From Patescibacteria group bacterium (GTDB taxonomy: Bacteria; Patescibacteriota; Saccharimonadia; Saccharimonadales; UBA4665): 64,000 nt of DNA. Under the pieces are notes generated by a model, which was not told the origin of the DNA, searched no databases, and saw nothing but the letters and a program-made list of their open reading frames with translations. The stretch is from positions 37,342 through 101,341 of the forward strand of contig JBBTTE010000004.1 in NCBI GenBank assembly GCA_038064395.1. Direction: 5' to 3'. The position numbers and the translations under genes were made by a program. This document shows positions 35,751-44,659 of this stretch, piece after piece (position 1 is the first letter of the stretch; each line of letters begins with the position of its first letter).

Positions 35751-37355
35751 GTGGCTGCCAAAGCGACTAAATATGTGTTTGTGACAGGAGGCGTGCTTTC
35801 CGGATTAGGAAAGGGTATCACCGCCGCCTCGATCGGCAACCTCCTCAAAGCTCGTGGCCTCAAGGTCAACCTCCAGAAATGCGATCCTTACCTGAACGTA
35901 GACGCCGGGCTACTTAACCCTCGTGAGCACGGCGAATGCTTTGTGACGAAGGACGGTGCCGAGACTGATCTCGATCTCGGTCACTACGAACGTTTCGTCG
36001 ACGAAGAAATGACCACTCGTAGCTCACTAATGAGCGGCCGTGTATTACTCAAGCTTATCCAAGACGAACGGGCCGGCAAATTCGACGGCGAAGACGTTCA
36101 GATTATTCCGCATTTAACAGGGGCGATTCAGGACTGGATTATCAAGGCTGGTGAAGGCTTTGATGTTCATATTGTCGAAATCGGCGGCACTGTCGGTGAC
36201 TACGAATCACTATCATTTGTCGAAGCTATCCGCGAATTAGGCGTGAAGGTTGGTCTAGAGAACTGTGCTTATGTCCACGTTGTTTACTTGCCGTACCTAG
36301 GTGCCAGTAACGAAACCAAGACTAAGCCAGCTCAGAACTCCGTACGTGAGCTACGTGGCCTCGGTATTGCGCCAGACATCCTAGTAGGACGCAGCGAGAA
36401 GCCTGCGAACGCGGCTGTTAAGACTAAGCTAGCCCTATTCAGCGGTGTCGACGAGAGCGCGATCGCATTGCTACCCAACGCGGCTAGCATTTACCAAGTG
36501 CCGCTAACTATCGAAGACACTGGTATTGCCGACGTAATTCTTGATCACTTAGGCCTCAAGGCTACCAAGAAGCCTGACCTGACAGATTGGCGTGCTGTGG
36601 TTGAGTTAGCCACCAAGAAGCACGATAAGCCGCTGAAGATTGGTTTTGTCGCTAAGTACATGGACAACACCGACACCTACATGTCCGTCTTCGAAGCGCT
36701 GAAGGCAGCAGCCTGGCACAATGACAGTGCAGTCGATATTCAATGGATCGATGCTTCGCAGTTTGACGAGCCAGGCGCAGACATTGCCTCAACGCTTGAT
36801 GAGTACGACGGCATAGTCGTACCTGGCGGATTTGGCACGCGCGGACTTGAGGGCAAGATTAAGGCAGCCCAGTACGCTCTCAAGAATAAGAAGCCATACC
36901 TTGGACTATGTCTAGGCCTACAGATGGCTGTCGTGGCTGCCGCTCGTAACTCAGGCATCAAAGGCGCTACTACCTTCGAGCTTGATGCCGATGCTAAGGA
37001 TTTGATCATCACGACTATGGCTGACCAGAAGGAAAAGTTAATGACAGGCGGCACAATGCGCCTAGGTGACTACAACTGTGAGCTAGAGAAGGGCAGCATT
37101 GCCGCCAAACTCTACGGCACAACTAAGATTGTAGAGCGTCACCGCCACCGCGGCGAATGTAATAATGAGTATCGTGACCAATTCGAGTCGTGGGGCATCC
37201 ACGCTAGCGGAATTAACCCCGACAACAACCTAGTTGAAGTCATTGAAGGCACAGACCACCCATTCTTCGTAGCCTCCCAATTCCACCCAGAATTCAAGAG
37301 CCGTCCTAACCGTCCACACCCAATGTTTGCTGGTTTTATCCAGTCTTTGCTCTAG
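35751..37355 (+). CDS. pyrG: CTP synthase
   Basis: TKYVFVTGGVLSGLGKG is at the N-terminus, and the glutamine amidotransferase motifs GLCLGLQ and HRHRGE are present. Confidence 0.97.
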   Translation: MAAKATKYVFVTGGVLSGLGKGITAASIGNLLKARGLKVNLQKCDPYLNVDAGLLNPREHGECFVTKDGAETDLDLGHYERFVDEEMTTRSSLMSGRVLLKLIQDERAGKFDGEDVQIIPHLTGAIQDWIIKAGEGFDVHIVEIGGTVGDYESLSFVEAIRELGVKVGLENCAYVHVVYLPYLGASNETKTKPAQNSVRELRGLGIAPDILVGRSEKPANAAVKTKLALFSGVDESAIALLPNAASIYQVPLTIEDTGIADVILDHLGLKATKKPDLTDWRAVVELATKKHDKPLKIGFVAKYMDNTDTYMSVFEALKAAAWHNDSAVDIQWIDASQFDEPGADIASTLDEYDGIVVPGGFGTRGLEGKIKAAQYALKNKKPYLGLCLGLQMAVVAAARNSGIKGATTFELDADAKDLIITTMADQKEKLMTGGTMRLGDYNCELEKGSIAAKLYGTTKIVERHRHRGECNNEYRDQFESWGIHASGINPDNNLVEVIEGTDHPFFVASQFHPEFKSRPNRPHPMFAGFIQSLL

Positions 37356-37405
37356 ATCTGTCAAACCTGTTGCCATGCGCTGAGTTATGAGTTAACATAA
37401 GCGTT

Positions 37406-37807
37406 ATGCAACCAACACAAACAACACCATCAGGCCGACCCAAGCGAATTCTACTAGTTGAAGACGATGATGCTTTAGCAAATGTTTATGTAACGCGTCT
37501 GCAGGCCGAAGGCTTTGATATCCGCCGCATGAACAATGGCGAAGAGGCACTTGCCGCAGCTATCAACTACAAGCCTGACCTTATCCTGCTCGATGTCATG
37601 ATGCCCAAGGTGAGCGGCTTCGACGCCCTAGACATCCTCCGCAACACTCCAGAGACTGCCAACATTAAGGTGATCATGCTGACAGCCCTGTCTCAAGACA
37701 GTGACCAAGAACGCGCCAAAACTCTCGGCGCCGACGACTATCTAGTCAAGTCACAAGTAGTAATCTCTGACGTTATCGATCGCATTCGTTTCCACCTCGG
37801 CAGCTAG
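37406..37807 (+). CDS. single-domain response regulator (CheY-like receiver), canonical residues intact
   Basis: The acidic pocket VEDDD, phospho-acceptor LLDVMMP, MLTA and YLVKS are all present. There is no output domain and no kinase gene is adjacent. Confidence 0.85.
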   Translation: MQPTQTTPSGRPKRILLVEDDDALANVYVTRLQAEGFDIRRMNNGEEALAAAINYKPDLILLDVMMPKVSGFDALDILRNTPETANIKVIMLTALSQDSDQERAKTLGADDYLVKSQVVISDVIDRIRFHLGS

Positions 37808-37824
37808 CAAGCCGCTACATAGAG

Positions 37825-37853
37825 TTGACTTTTTATAAAGCTTATGCTATGAT
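37825..37853 (+). promoter_or_regulatory. promoter TTGACT-17-TGcTATGAT for the 37880 gene
   Basis: TTGACT lies at 37825-37830, followed by a 17-nt spacer and TGcTATGAT at 37845-37853. The leader is A/C-rich with no SD. Confidence 0.6.
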
Positions 37854-37879
37854 TTGGTATAGTTAATAGCAAAACAAAA

Positions 37880-38710
37880 ATGCCAGAACAAGCAACACAT
37901 AATCCGCAAGTATTAGACGTAGAAGGCCAGGCTAATCAGTTGGCTGCCTTCGAAGACATAGTCAGTCCACAGGCTATTGAAGCCTTCGCTACGCGTATTG
38001 AAGATGAAGCCAATACTTTCTTTTATCCAACAGAGATAGCAGAGATCAACGCTGCCGTAAGGTCAGTAGGCGACCAAGAAGCTGCTGTTCGTGCAGATGA
38101 ATCAATAAGTGAGACTGAGCGCGATGTTCGATTATCCGATGTGAATAGTCGATACAATGAGCTAGATGATAGAGAGCGAACAGTCGGAAAGCACAAAACC
38201 TTCTTGGAAGAACGACAGTATGAATGGCTCAATAATGGGCGTATTACCATAAAAGGTCAGGAACCAGAGGCCACTAAGCTTGTAAGTGAACTCCAGACCA
38301 AGGCCGCAAACACCGAAACAAGCTTCATACCCAATGAATCATTCCAAGCACTTATTGATCGAACAGGGCCGTCTGTATTAATAAAGTCTAGAGATAATCC
38401 AATGGAGTTTCCGCTGGCATCGATCGTATCGGCTCAAAGCTTTGAATCTTGGGAAACAGGACGTGGTCCAAACGCCATCAAGGACGGCAAAACTAGCCCC
38501 GAATTAATTAAGGATTACGCAGAGCGTAGCACTGAAATACCTCCAGTCGTCGATGCAACCGCTGTCATTCTACCGACAGGCGAAGTAGTTTTAAGCAGTG
38601 ACGAGGCGCACAGAGTTGCGGCTGCAAAACTAAAGGGGCAAGAAACAATTAAGATCGAGAACTTGAAAGTCTATCGAGGTGTTCCGGTTGGCCAAGAGCA
38701 GAATTACTGA
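37880..38710 (+). CDS. acidic hypothetical protein with possible C-terminal ParB/Srx-like motif (orphan)
   Basis: The C-terminal PPVVDATAVILPTGEVVLSSDEAHRVAAAKLKGQETIKI resembles the ParB N-terminal domain pattern (..G.HRv.AAk.lG...i). The 3' end overlaps convergent rpmA by 7 nt. Confidence 0.45.
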   Translation: MPEQATHNPQVLDVEGQANQLAAFEDIVSPQAIEAFATRIEDEANTFFYPTEIAEINAAVRSVGDQEAAVRADESISETERDVRLSDVNSRYNELDDRERTVGKHKTFLEERQYEWLNNGRITIKGQEPEATKLVSELQTKAANTETSFIPNESFQALIDRTGPSVLIKSRDNPMEFPLASIVSAQSFESWETGRGPNAIKDGKTSPELIKDYAERSTEIPPVVDATAVILPTGEVVLSSDEAHRVAAAKLKGQETIKIENLKVYRGVPVGQEQNY

Positions 38711-38976
38711 ACAGTAACTTCGGTGCGAGGGACTGAGCGACCACTGAATGTGCGGAAACGACGAGTCTTGAAGGCTACGACACCATCACGAGCAGCGTGA
38801 ATAGTGAAGTTGCGGCTGACCTTGGTGCCAACGCCACCGCGCTTAGTCATACCAACTTGGCGGACAATAACTTGGCCTACTTTGACCTTTTGGCCGCCAA
38901 ATAGCTTAACACCTAGGCGTTGACCAGGACTATCATGTACGTTTTTGGCGGTACCGCCTGCTTTTACGTGGGACAT
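38704..38976 (-). CDS. rpmA: 50S ribosomal protein L27
   Basis: MSHVKAGGTAKNVHDSPGQRLGVKLFGGQ is the L27 signature. Confidence 0.95.
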   Translation of the reverse strand: MSHVKAGGTAKNVHDSPGQRLGVKLFGGQKVKVGQVIVRQVGMTKRGGVGTKVSRNFTIHAARDGVVAFKTRRFRTFSGRSVPRTEVTVQ

Positions 38977-38977
38977 A

Positions 38978-40216
38978 TTACTTCCTTGTTATTACTATGA
39001 GCTCTCGGGCGACGATTTGATCTGATCTGTAATAAATCAGTTGATCATCCCGAATGTGCTCAAATCTCACTCGATTATAGCCCAAATCTTCAATCTGGTC
39101 AATAAGGGGTAGGTGCTTGAAGTGGTTTGGCTTGGTCTGCCAGGCGGGAACGGCTAGGCAAAGGCGGGTGTCCTCGGCGAGTTGGGTGTGGATGTTCTTG
39201 AGGAATTTCTTGATGATTAGGTTGCAGTCGGATGCCGTTTGAGCCAAAACTTCAGGGGTTGGCGTACTCGTGAAGGGACGACCCAGATAAAGTTCGGCAG
39301 CGACCATGTCGATTGGCGCAGTCCACTGGTGAGTCGTGGCGTCGCCAGTCTCTAAACGGTATTTGTTAGTCTCCATACCGTACAACTCAGCCAGCCAGTC
39401 GAGGTTGTCCTCTGTGTAGTCAGTCATGCGTGATTCGAGGTCGCTGCCGTAGACTTCATAACCCATCAGCGAGGCCTCCTGAAGGACTACGCCCGTGCCG
39501 CAGAAGGGGTCGAGGACGGTTTGGCCTAGGACTTTGCGGGGGATTGGCTGGCCAGCTGGAATGTCGCAGATTGATTCAAGCTTGTCGACGGCGATGGGGC
39601 CAGAGGCGAGATTGATCAGGATCTGGGCGAGCTTAGGGGGTAGCATGCCGACTTTGGCATCGCGCTTGGGGCGTTCGCGGTCGCGACGGGTGTAGGCTTC
39701 GATATCTTGGACCTTGACGGTTTGGGCGACTACTGTCTGGTTACCAGCTTTGACGAAGATGAGTTCCCAGCCGTTGGTGCCGGTTAGCTTGTTGTGGATG
39801 ACTTGGGCGCTATTGAGTTCAGTCTCCTTGTTGGGGATTAGACGAACAGGGCGGCCTGTCTTGCGAATGGCTTTTTTGAGACTTAGGCCGGTGGCTTCGA
39901 TGCGTCTGACGCCTTCTGAGAAGCCGTAGAGGCTGAGGCCGAGTAGCATTTTGCCCTCGGGCATGGCTTGGCTCTGGGCGGGGGAGGCCCCCAGCAGGAA
40001 CTTCTCGACTTGACCCCAGTTGGTGGTATCGAGAGTGGTTAGGATTTTGCAGAATTTGATACTGCCGCCGAGACGATCAAAGGCCAGCAGACAGGGGTCG
40101 ACGTCAACGATTACGGCTTGGTCGCCGACTGTCGTGAGCTTGTCAGCGCCATAGAGGCTCTCAAGCTCGGCGAGGCCGAGCTCGGGTTGGCGGCCGAGGA
40201 TTAACAAACTTTGCAT
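38978..40216 (-). CDS. THUMP-like plus UPF0020-type SAM-dependent RNA methyltransferase (Trm11/Trm14/TrmN-like)
   Basis: MLPPKLAQILINLA and VLDPFCGTGVVLQEA..GSDL are present. The start is taken at MQSLLILG (40216), because the longer ORF to 40327 would overlap the divergent gene. Confidence 0.65.
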   Translation of the reverse strand: MQSLLILGRQPELGLAELESLYGADKLTTVGDQAVIVDVDPCLLAFDRLGGSIKFCKILTTLDTTNWGQVEKFLLGASPAQSQAMPEGKMLLGLSLYGFSEGVRRIEATGLSLKKAIRKTGRPVRLIPNKETELNSAQVIHNKLTGTNGWELIFVKAGNQTVVAQTVKVQDIEAYTRRDRERPKRDAKVGMLPPKLAQILINLASGPIAVDKLESICDIPAGQPIPRKVLGQTVLDPFCGTGVVLQEASLMGYEVYGSDLESRMTDYTEDNLDWLAELYGMETNKYRLETGDATTHQWTAPIDMVAAELYLGRPFTSTPTPEVLAQTASDCNLIIKKFLKNIHTQLAEDTRLCLAVPAWQTKPNHFKHLPLIDQIEDLGYNRVRFEHIRDDQLIYYRSDQIVARELIVITRK

Positions 40217-40222
40217 GCTCCC

Positions 40223-40245
40223 ATTGTAACTCGCCTTGGTATAAT
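40223..40245. promoter_or_regulatory. back-to-back -10 boxes of two divergent leaderless genes in a 37-bp intergenic region
   Basis: The minus-strand TACAAT (40228..40223) lies 6 nt from the ATG at 40216. The plus-strand TGgTATAAT (40237-40245) lies 8 nt from the ATG at 40254. Confidence 0.5.
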
Positions 40246-40253
40246 AGTGAGCA

Positions 40254-41297
40254 ATGAGCAAAAACAGTTGGTTATGGCGGCGCTGGAAACTAGTGCTGAA
40301 CTTGGTGACTTTGGCAGCGCTTGCCATCTTGATTTACGCATTGCGTGATCAGTTAGCAGATACTCTATCTAATCTGACCCGGGTGAATGCCTATGCGCTG
40401 CTGTTAATTATTCCAGTCGAAATCCTGAACTATCACTCACAGGCCAAGCTCTACCAAGGCTTATTCAAGATCGTTGGCAATAAGTTGTCGTATAAGTTCT
40501 TGTACAAGACTTCGCTGGAGCTGAACTTCGTTAATCATGTTTTCCCGAGTGGTGGTGTGACTGGTATTTCGTACTTCGGGCTGCGTATGCGCGATGGCGG
40601 ATCGATTACTGGCGGCAAGGCGACCTTGGTGCAGGTTATGAAGCTGGGGCTGACATTCTTGTCGTTTGAAGTTTTGATTTTGTTTGGCCTGATTAGTCTG
40701 GCGGTGATGGGTAATGTCAACAACCTGACGATTATGGTGGCGGCAATGCTTTCGACTCTGCTACTAGTTGGTACTGGAGCGTTTGTTTATATCGTAGGCA
40801 GTAAGGCACGGATAAATGCTTTCTTCGGGACGGTTACCAAGATTCTTAATCGCCTAATTCAGATTCTAAGACCGAATCATCCAGAGACAATTAACATTCG
40901 GGGTACACGTAAGCTGTTTGATGACTTCCATGATAACTATAAGGAAATTAAAGACAACTCTCACGAGTTGCGGTGGCCGTTCTTCTGGGCTCTGCTAACC
41001 AATATTACTGAAGTTGGAGCGTTGTATGTGGTCTATATCGCATTCGGTGAATTCGTAAACATTGGTGCGGTTATCTTGGCATATGCGGTGGCTAATTTCG
41101 CGGGGCTGATCTCTGTCTTGCCAGGCGGTATTGGGATCTACGAAGCGTTGATGACTACAGTGCTGGTCAGTGCTGGTGTTCCAGCCGCCGTCAGCTTGCC
41201 TGTGACTGTCATGTACCGCGTGATCAATACTGTGATTCAATTGCCGCCAGGCTACTACCTGTATCACAAGAATCTAACTCGCGAACCGGACAATTAA
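40254..41297 (+). CDS. UPF0104 / lysylphosphatidylglycerol-synthase-TM-region-like (flippase-like) membrane protein
   Basis: About 8 TM helices with a basic N-terminus. The overall pattern resembles the PF03706 family, from memory. Confidence 0.55.
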   Translation: MSKNSWLWRRWKLVLNLVTLAALAILIYALRDQLADTLSNLTRVNAYALLLIIPVEILNYHSQAKLYQGLFKIVGNKLSYKFLYKTSLELNFVNHVFPSGGVTGISYFGLRMRDGGSITGGKATLVQVMKLGLTFLSFEVLILFGLISLAVMGNVNNLTIMVAAMLSTLLLVGTGAFVYIVGSKARINAFFGTVTKILNRLIQILRPNHPETINIRGTRKLFDDFHDNYKEIKDNSHELRWPFFWALLTNITEVGALYVVYIAFGEFVNIGAVILAYAVANFAGLISVLPGGIGIYEALMTTVLVSAGVPAAVSLPVTVMYRVINTVIQLPPGYYLYHKNLTREPDN

Positions 41298-41298
41298 T

Positions 41299-42438
41299 AT
41301 GGTAGTGGGCGAGGCACTTGAGCTCAGTGTCAGCCAGTTCGTTGCGCTGCTTAATCAGACACTTGATTACGCCTATCCCGACGTGACGATAGTTGGTGAG
41401 TTGGCTAACTTCCGAGTAAGCAAGAATCGCTGGGTGTACTTCGATCTTAAGGATGAAGGCTCGACCGTTAAGTTCTTCGGAACGGTCTATCAACTATCCA
41501 GTCCGCTAGAAGACGGCATGGTGCTCAAAGTTCGGGGTACGCCGCGGCTGCACAATCTCTACGGCTTCAGTGTCAACGTCACTAGTATCCAGTTAGCAGG
41601 TGAAGGTAGCATTAAGCGCGCCGCCGAACTACTGAAGGCCAAGTTAACAGTTGAAGGCTTATTCGACCCAGCGCGTAAGCGGCAGCTGCCTTATCCGCCG
41701 ACACGGATTGGTCTAGTCGCATCTAAGCAGTCAGCGGCTTACGCCGACTTTATCAAGATTATCAATGCCCGCTGGCAAGGACTTGTGGTTGAATTCATCG
41801 ATGTCCAAGTGCAGGGTGAGATAGCGCCAGAACAGATCGCAAGCGCACTAGCACAGTTCAATGCACAGGCTGAGCCACCAGAGGTATTGGTGCTGATTCG
41901 TGGTGGTGGTAGTGCTGAGGATTTGGCGGCCTTCAGTACTGAGCTGGTCACACGGGCAGTGGCTACTAGTCGCGTTCCAACCCTTGTGGCTATTGGTCAC
42001 GAAATCGACTTGTCGCTAGCCGAGCTAGCGGCGGATAGGCAGGCCAGTACGCCTAGTAATGCGGCCGAGTTATTAGTGCCTGATCGAGTCCAGGCTCTGG
42101 ATGCTTTGGTAGCCGTGACGGCGCATTTGCAGCAAGCTGGCCAGTTGAGGCTGCAGTCAGCCAGACAGGGTCTGCTTGGACGGCAAGAGGCCTTAGGGCA
42201 GGCTCTGGGTCGTTTGCTGGATAGTTCGCGCGCCGATCTGCGTAGCCGGCATGAGCTACTAGGAGCGCTTAATCCAGAAGCCATTCTACGGCGGGGCTAT
42301 GCAATTGTTCGTAGTGGCAACAAGTCGCTGCGGAGCATCAAAGGCTTGAATAAGAATGATATAGTAAACGTACAATTGTCTGATGGTAGCTTCGAGGCTA
42401 CTGCAGTCAAAATAACAGGGAAGAAGAACGCCAAATGA
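41299..42438 (+). CDS. xseA: exodeoxyribonuclease VII large subunit
   Basis: An N-terminal OB-fold (VSQFVALLNQTLDYAYPDVTIVGELANF) and RIGLVAS...GGGSAEDL are present. xseB follows, with overlapping stop and start codons. Confidence 0.9.
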   Translation: MVVGEALELSVSQFVALLNQTLDYAYPDVTIVGELANFRVSKNRWVYFDLKDEGSTVKFFGTVYQLSSPLEDGMVLKVRGTPRLHNLYGFSVNVTSIQLAGEGSIKRAAELLKAKLTVEGLFDPARKRQLPYPPTRIGLVASKQSAAYADFIKIINARWQGLVVEFIDVQVQGEIAPEQIASALAQFNAQAEPPEVLVLIRGGGSAEDLAAFSTELVTRAVATSRVPTLVAIGHEIDLSLAELAADRQASTPSNAAELLVPDRVQALDALVAVTAHLQQAGQLRLQSARQGLLGRQEALGQALGRLLDSSRADLRSRHELLGALNPEAILRRGYAIVRSGNKSLRSIKGLNKNDIVNVQLSDGSFEATAVKITGKKNAK

Positions 42439-42650
42439 CTAAGTCCGCACAGCCAACTTACCAAGATCTTAAGACCGAACTAGATGACGTCATGTCCGAA
42501 CTCAGCCGCGAAGATCTGGATATAGACAAAGCCTTGCAATACTATCAACGCGGTATCGAGCTGGTGAAGCAACTCGAAACATACCTCAAGACAGCCGAGA
42601 ACAAAGTTCAAGAACTCCAGGCAACCCTTAAGACCGCCAAGACCAAATGA
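42435..42650 (+). CDS. xseB: exodeoxyribonuclease VII small subunit
   Basis: 71-aa helical protein (LEDALKLYERG-like segment DKALQYYQRGIELVK) placed after xseA. Confidence 0.9.
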   Translation: MTKSAQPTYQDLKTELDDVMSELSREDLDIDKALQYYQRGIELVKQLETYLKTAENKVQELQATLKTAKTK

Positions 42651-43135
42651 TCTGGCTAGTAGCCGCACTAACGCTGTTAGTTATCTGCTTCAGCGGTGTT
42701 CTGCTGTTCGGTGCACCATACCTGCCAACCCTGAAACCGCAGGTTGAAGCAGCACTCAAGCTGGCCGATCTTAAGCCTGGCGAGACACTGCTAGAACTGG
42801 GCTGCGGTGACGGCAAAGTTCTGATCGCTGCCGCCAAGCAGGGTATCAACGTTGTTGGCTATGAGCTCAACCCCGTATTAGTAGTTATTGCTTGGCTGAG
42901 AACTCGCCGATACCGCAGAAACGTCAAGATTATATGGGGTGACTTCTGGAATAAACCGTGGCCAGAGGCCGAAGCGATATTCACATTCTTATTACCAAGA
43001 TATATGTCTAAGCTGAATAAAAAAGTTATACAATATGACAGCAAACCGGTCAAGCTAATCAGTTTTGCGTTCGAGATTCCTGAGCTTAAGCCCACCAAGC
43101 AGGAGCAGGGCGTCTTTCGCTACGACTACAGATAG
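42647..43135 (+). CDS. class I SAM-dependent methyltransferase with N-terminal TM helix
   Basis: A TM helix is followed by GAPYLPT and the SAM motif LLELGCGDGKVLIAAAKQG. It resembles membrane-anchored lysine methyltransferase-like proteins, with low certainty. Confidence 0.65.
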   Translation: MIWLVAALTLLVICFSGVLLFGAPYLPTLKPQVEAALKLADLKPGETLLELGCGDGKVLIAAAKQGINVVGYELNPVLVVIAWLRTRRYRRNVKIIWGDFWNKPWPEAEAIFTFLLPRYMSKLNKKVIQYDSKPVKLISFAFEIPELKPTKQEQGVFRYDYR

Positions 43136-43147
43136 AGGTTAGAGGTG

Positions 43148-43176
43148 TTGCCAGTCACTAATATCTAGGGTAAGAT
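43148..43176 (+). promoter_or_regulatory. promoter TTGCCA-17-TAAGAT, 7 nt before the ATG at 43184
   Basis: Read directly from the sequence. Confidence 0.5.
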
Positions 43177-43183
43177 TGACCCT

Positions 43184-43849
43184 ATGAACAAGCATAACCA
43201 AGATGGCGCAATTAACGGCGTAGTGGTTTCTCTAGTCTTAACTGTACTACTGCTATTTGGCGCAATCGGCTTCGGCGCTTGGGCTTATACTAGCCAGCAA
43301 GATTACAAGAATAACTCCGATGAGAAGGCGGCTGTGGCGGCCGAGGCTGCCAAGAAGGAAGAGAGTATCAAGAAGGACAAGCAGTTCGCCGAAGAGATCA
43401 AGAATCCACTCAAGACTTATGTAGGGCCTGAGGCTTACGGAAGCTTGGTAGTTAGTTTTCCCAAGACTTGGAGTGGCTATGTCGACGATACTGGTCGTAG
43501 CAGTGGCCTAGTTGATGGTTACTTCGCCCAGGGTACTGTGCCTTCCAAGGATGACATAAATTCCGTATTTGCTCTGAGGTTCAGAGTTAATAGTCAGCCT
43601 TATGCTTCATTTATCAAGAATTATAGTGCTCTCCAGAAGTCTGGCAAGATAACAGTTAGTGCCTACGCATTGCCCAAGTTGCCTAAGACCGTCGGCATCA
43701 AGTTAACGGGCACTCTCAATGACAAGACAAATGTAACCATGGTAGTTCTGCCACTAAGATCACAGACCCTCCAAGTCTGGACAGAGGGCTCTCAGTACGT
43801 CAACGACTTCAACAACAGTATTCTTCCGAACTTTACCTTTTCCCCTTAA
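43184..43849 (+). CDS. hypothetical membrane-anchored extracytoplasmic protein (orphan)
   Basis: An N-terminal TM helix (VVVSLVLTVLLLFGAIGFGAWAY) precedes a soluble domain of about 170 aa. No family motif was recognised. Confidence 0.5.
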   Translation: MNKHNQDGAINGVVVSLVLTVLLLFGAIGFGAWAYTSQQDYKNNSDEKAAVAAEAAKKEESIKKDKQFAEEIKNPLKTYVGPEAYGSLVVSFPKTWSGYVDDTGRSSGLVDGYFAQGTVPSKDDINSVFALRFRVNSQPYASFIKNYSALQKSGKITVSAYALPKLPKTVGIKLTGTLNDKTNVTMVVLPLRSQTLQVWTEGSQYVNDFNNSILPNFTFSP

Positions 43850-43940
43850 GCTTGGCCTAGTTTCGCCACAAAAAACTAACTATTGCTAGTCAACTTGAGC
43901 TATACTTGAATCAGCAGGTAAGTGAGGGTAACAACTGTCC

Positions 43941-44657
43941 ATGGCGCAGCAACACGACACGGATTCGACAATTTTGTCACAGGAGCTACTCTTAAGTGTC
44001 GCCGAAGAACTCAAGCTACCTTTATTACAGATCGCTCGTCGCATTGAGCAGTACGAATTAACTGGTGAGGGTGATATATCATCGATTCGCACCACGGCTG
44101 ATTCAGCACTTAGATTATTAGATAACTACGCCCTTGGGGTTAGATTGGCTCTGGAGCAAGGAACATTGGATACGGAGTCGGTTTCGGTTTCGTCGGTTCT
44201 GTATGATGCTGGTCAGCAACTAGATTCGATGGCCAAGAATTATGGTGTTGAATTGGAGCTTTCGATAGCTGGTCGTTATGGTCCAGTCTTGGCCAATCGT
44301 CAGGGGTTGCAGGCGGCGCTGGTTAGTCTCGGTAGCGCGCTAATAGAAGCTCTGCCAGCTCAAGGAAGTCCGCAACTTAAGTTGCAACTCGCAACTCACC
44401 GTAGCCGTTATGGAATTGTAGCTGGCCTGTACGCCGAGACCAAGCAACTTAGCAATGATGCCTTGCAGAAGGGACGTCAGCTTAAGCGCCACAGCCGTCA
44501 GCCGCTCACGAGCATGTCTCACACCAGCGGAGCAGGCGTCTTCGTAGCGGATACGATCCTAAGTGCTATGAATCTGCACCTGACAGCCTCACGTCACAAT
44601 CGTCTCTACGGTCTTGGTATCGTCATGCAACCTAATCATCAACTTCACTTGGTCTAG
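43941..44657 (+). CDS. degenerate histidine-kinase-like protein (DHp plus HATPase-like layout, H-box His replaced by Glu, N-box Asn missing)
   Basis: SVAEELKLPLLQI aligns with the H-box hSHELRTPL. LQAALVSLGSALIEAL sits at the N-box position and SGAGVFVADTIL at the G2 position. No TM segments are present. Confidence 0.55.
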   Translation: MAQQHDTDSTILSQELLLSVAEELKLPLLQIARRIEQYELTGEGDISSIRTTADSALRLLDNYALGVRLALEQGTLDTESVSVSSVLYDAGQQLDSMAKNYGVELELSIAGRYGPVLANRQGLQAALVSLGSALIEALPAQGSPQLKLQLATHRSRYGIVAGLYAETKQLSNDALQKGRQLKRHSRQPLTSMSHTSGAGVFVADTILSAMNLHLTASRHNRLYGLGIVMQPNHQLHLV

Positions 44658-44659
44658 CA

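Noticed and set aside
38978-40327. The long N-terminal extension of the methyltransferase ORF (start at 40327).
   Set aside because: It would overlap the divergent UPF0104 gene and its promoter by 74 nt. The conserved domain begins at MQSLLILG (40216), which is preceded by TACAAT at leaderless distance.
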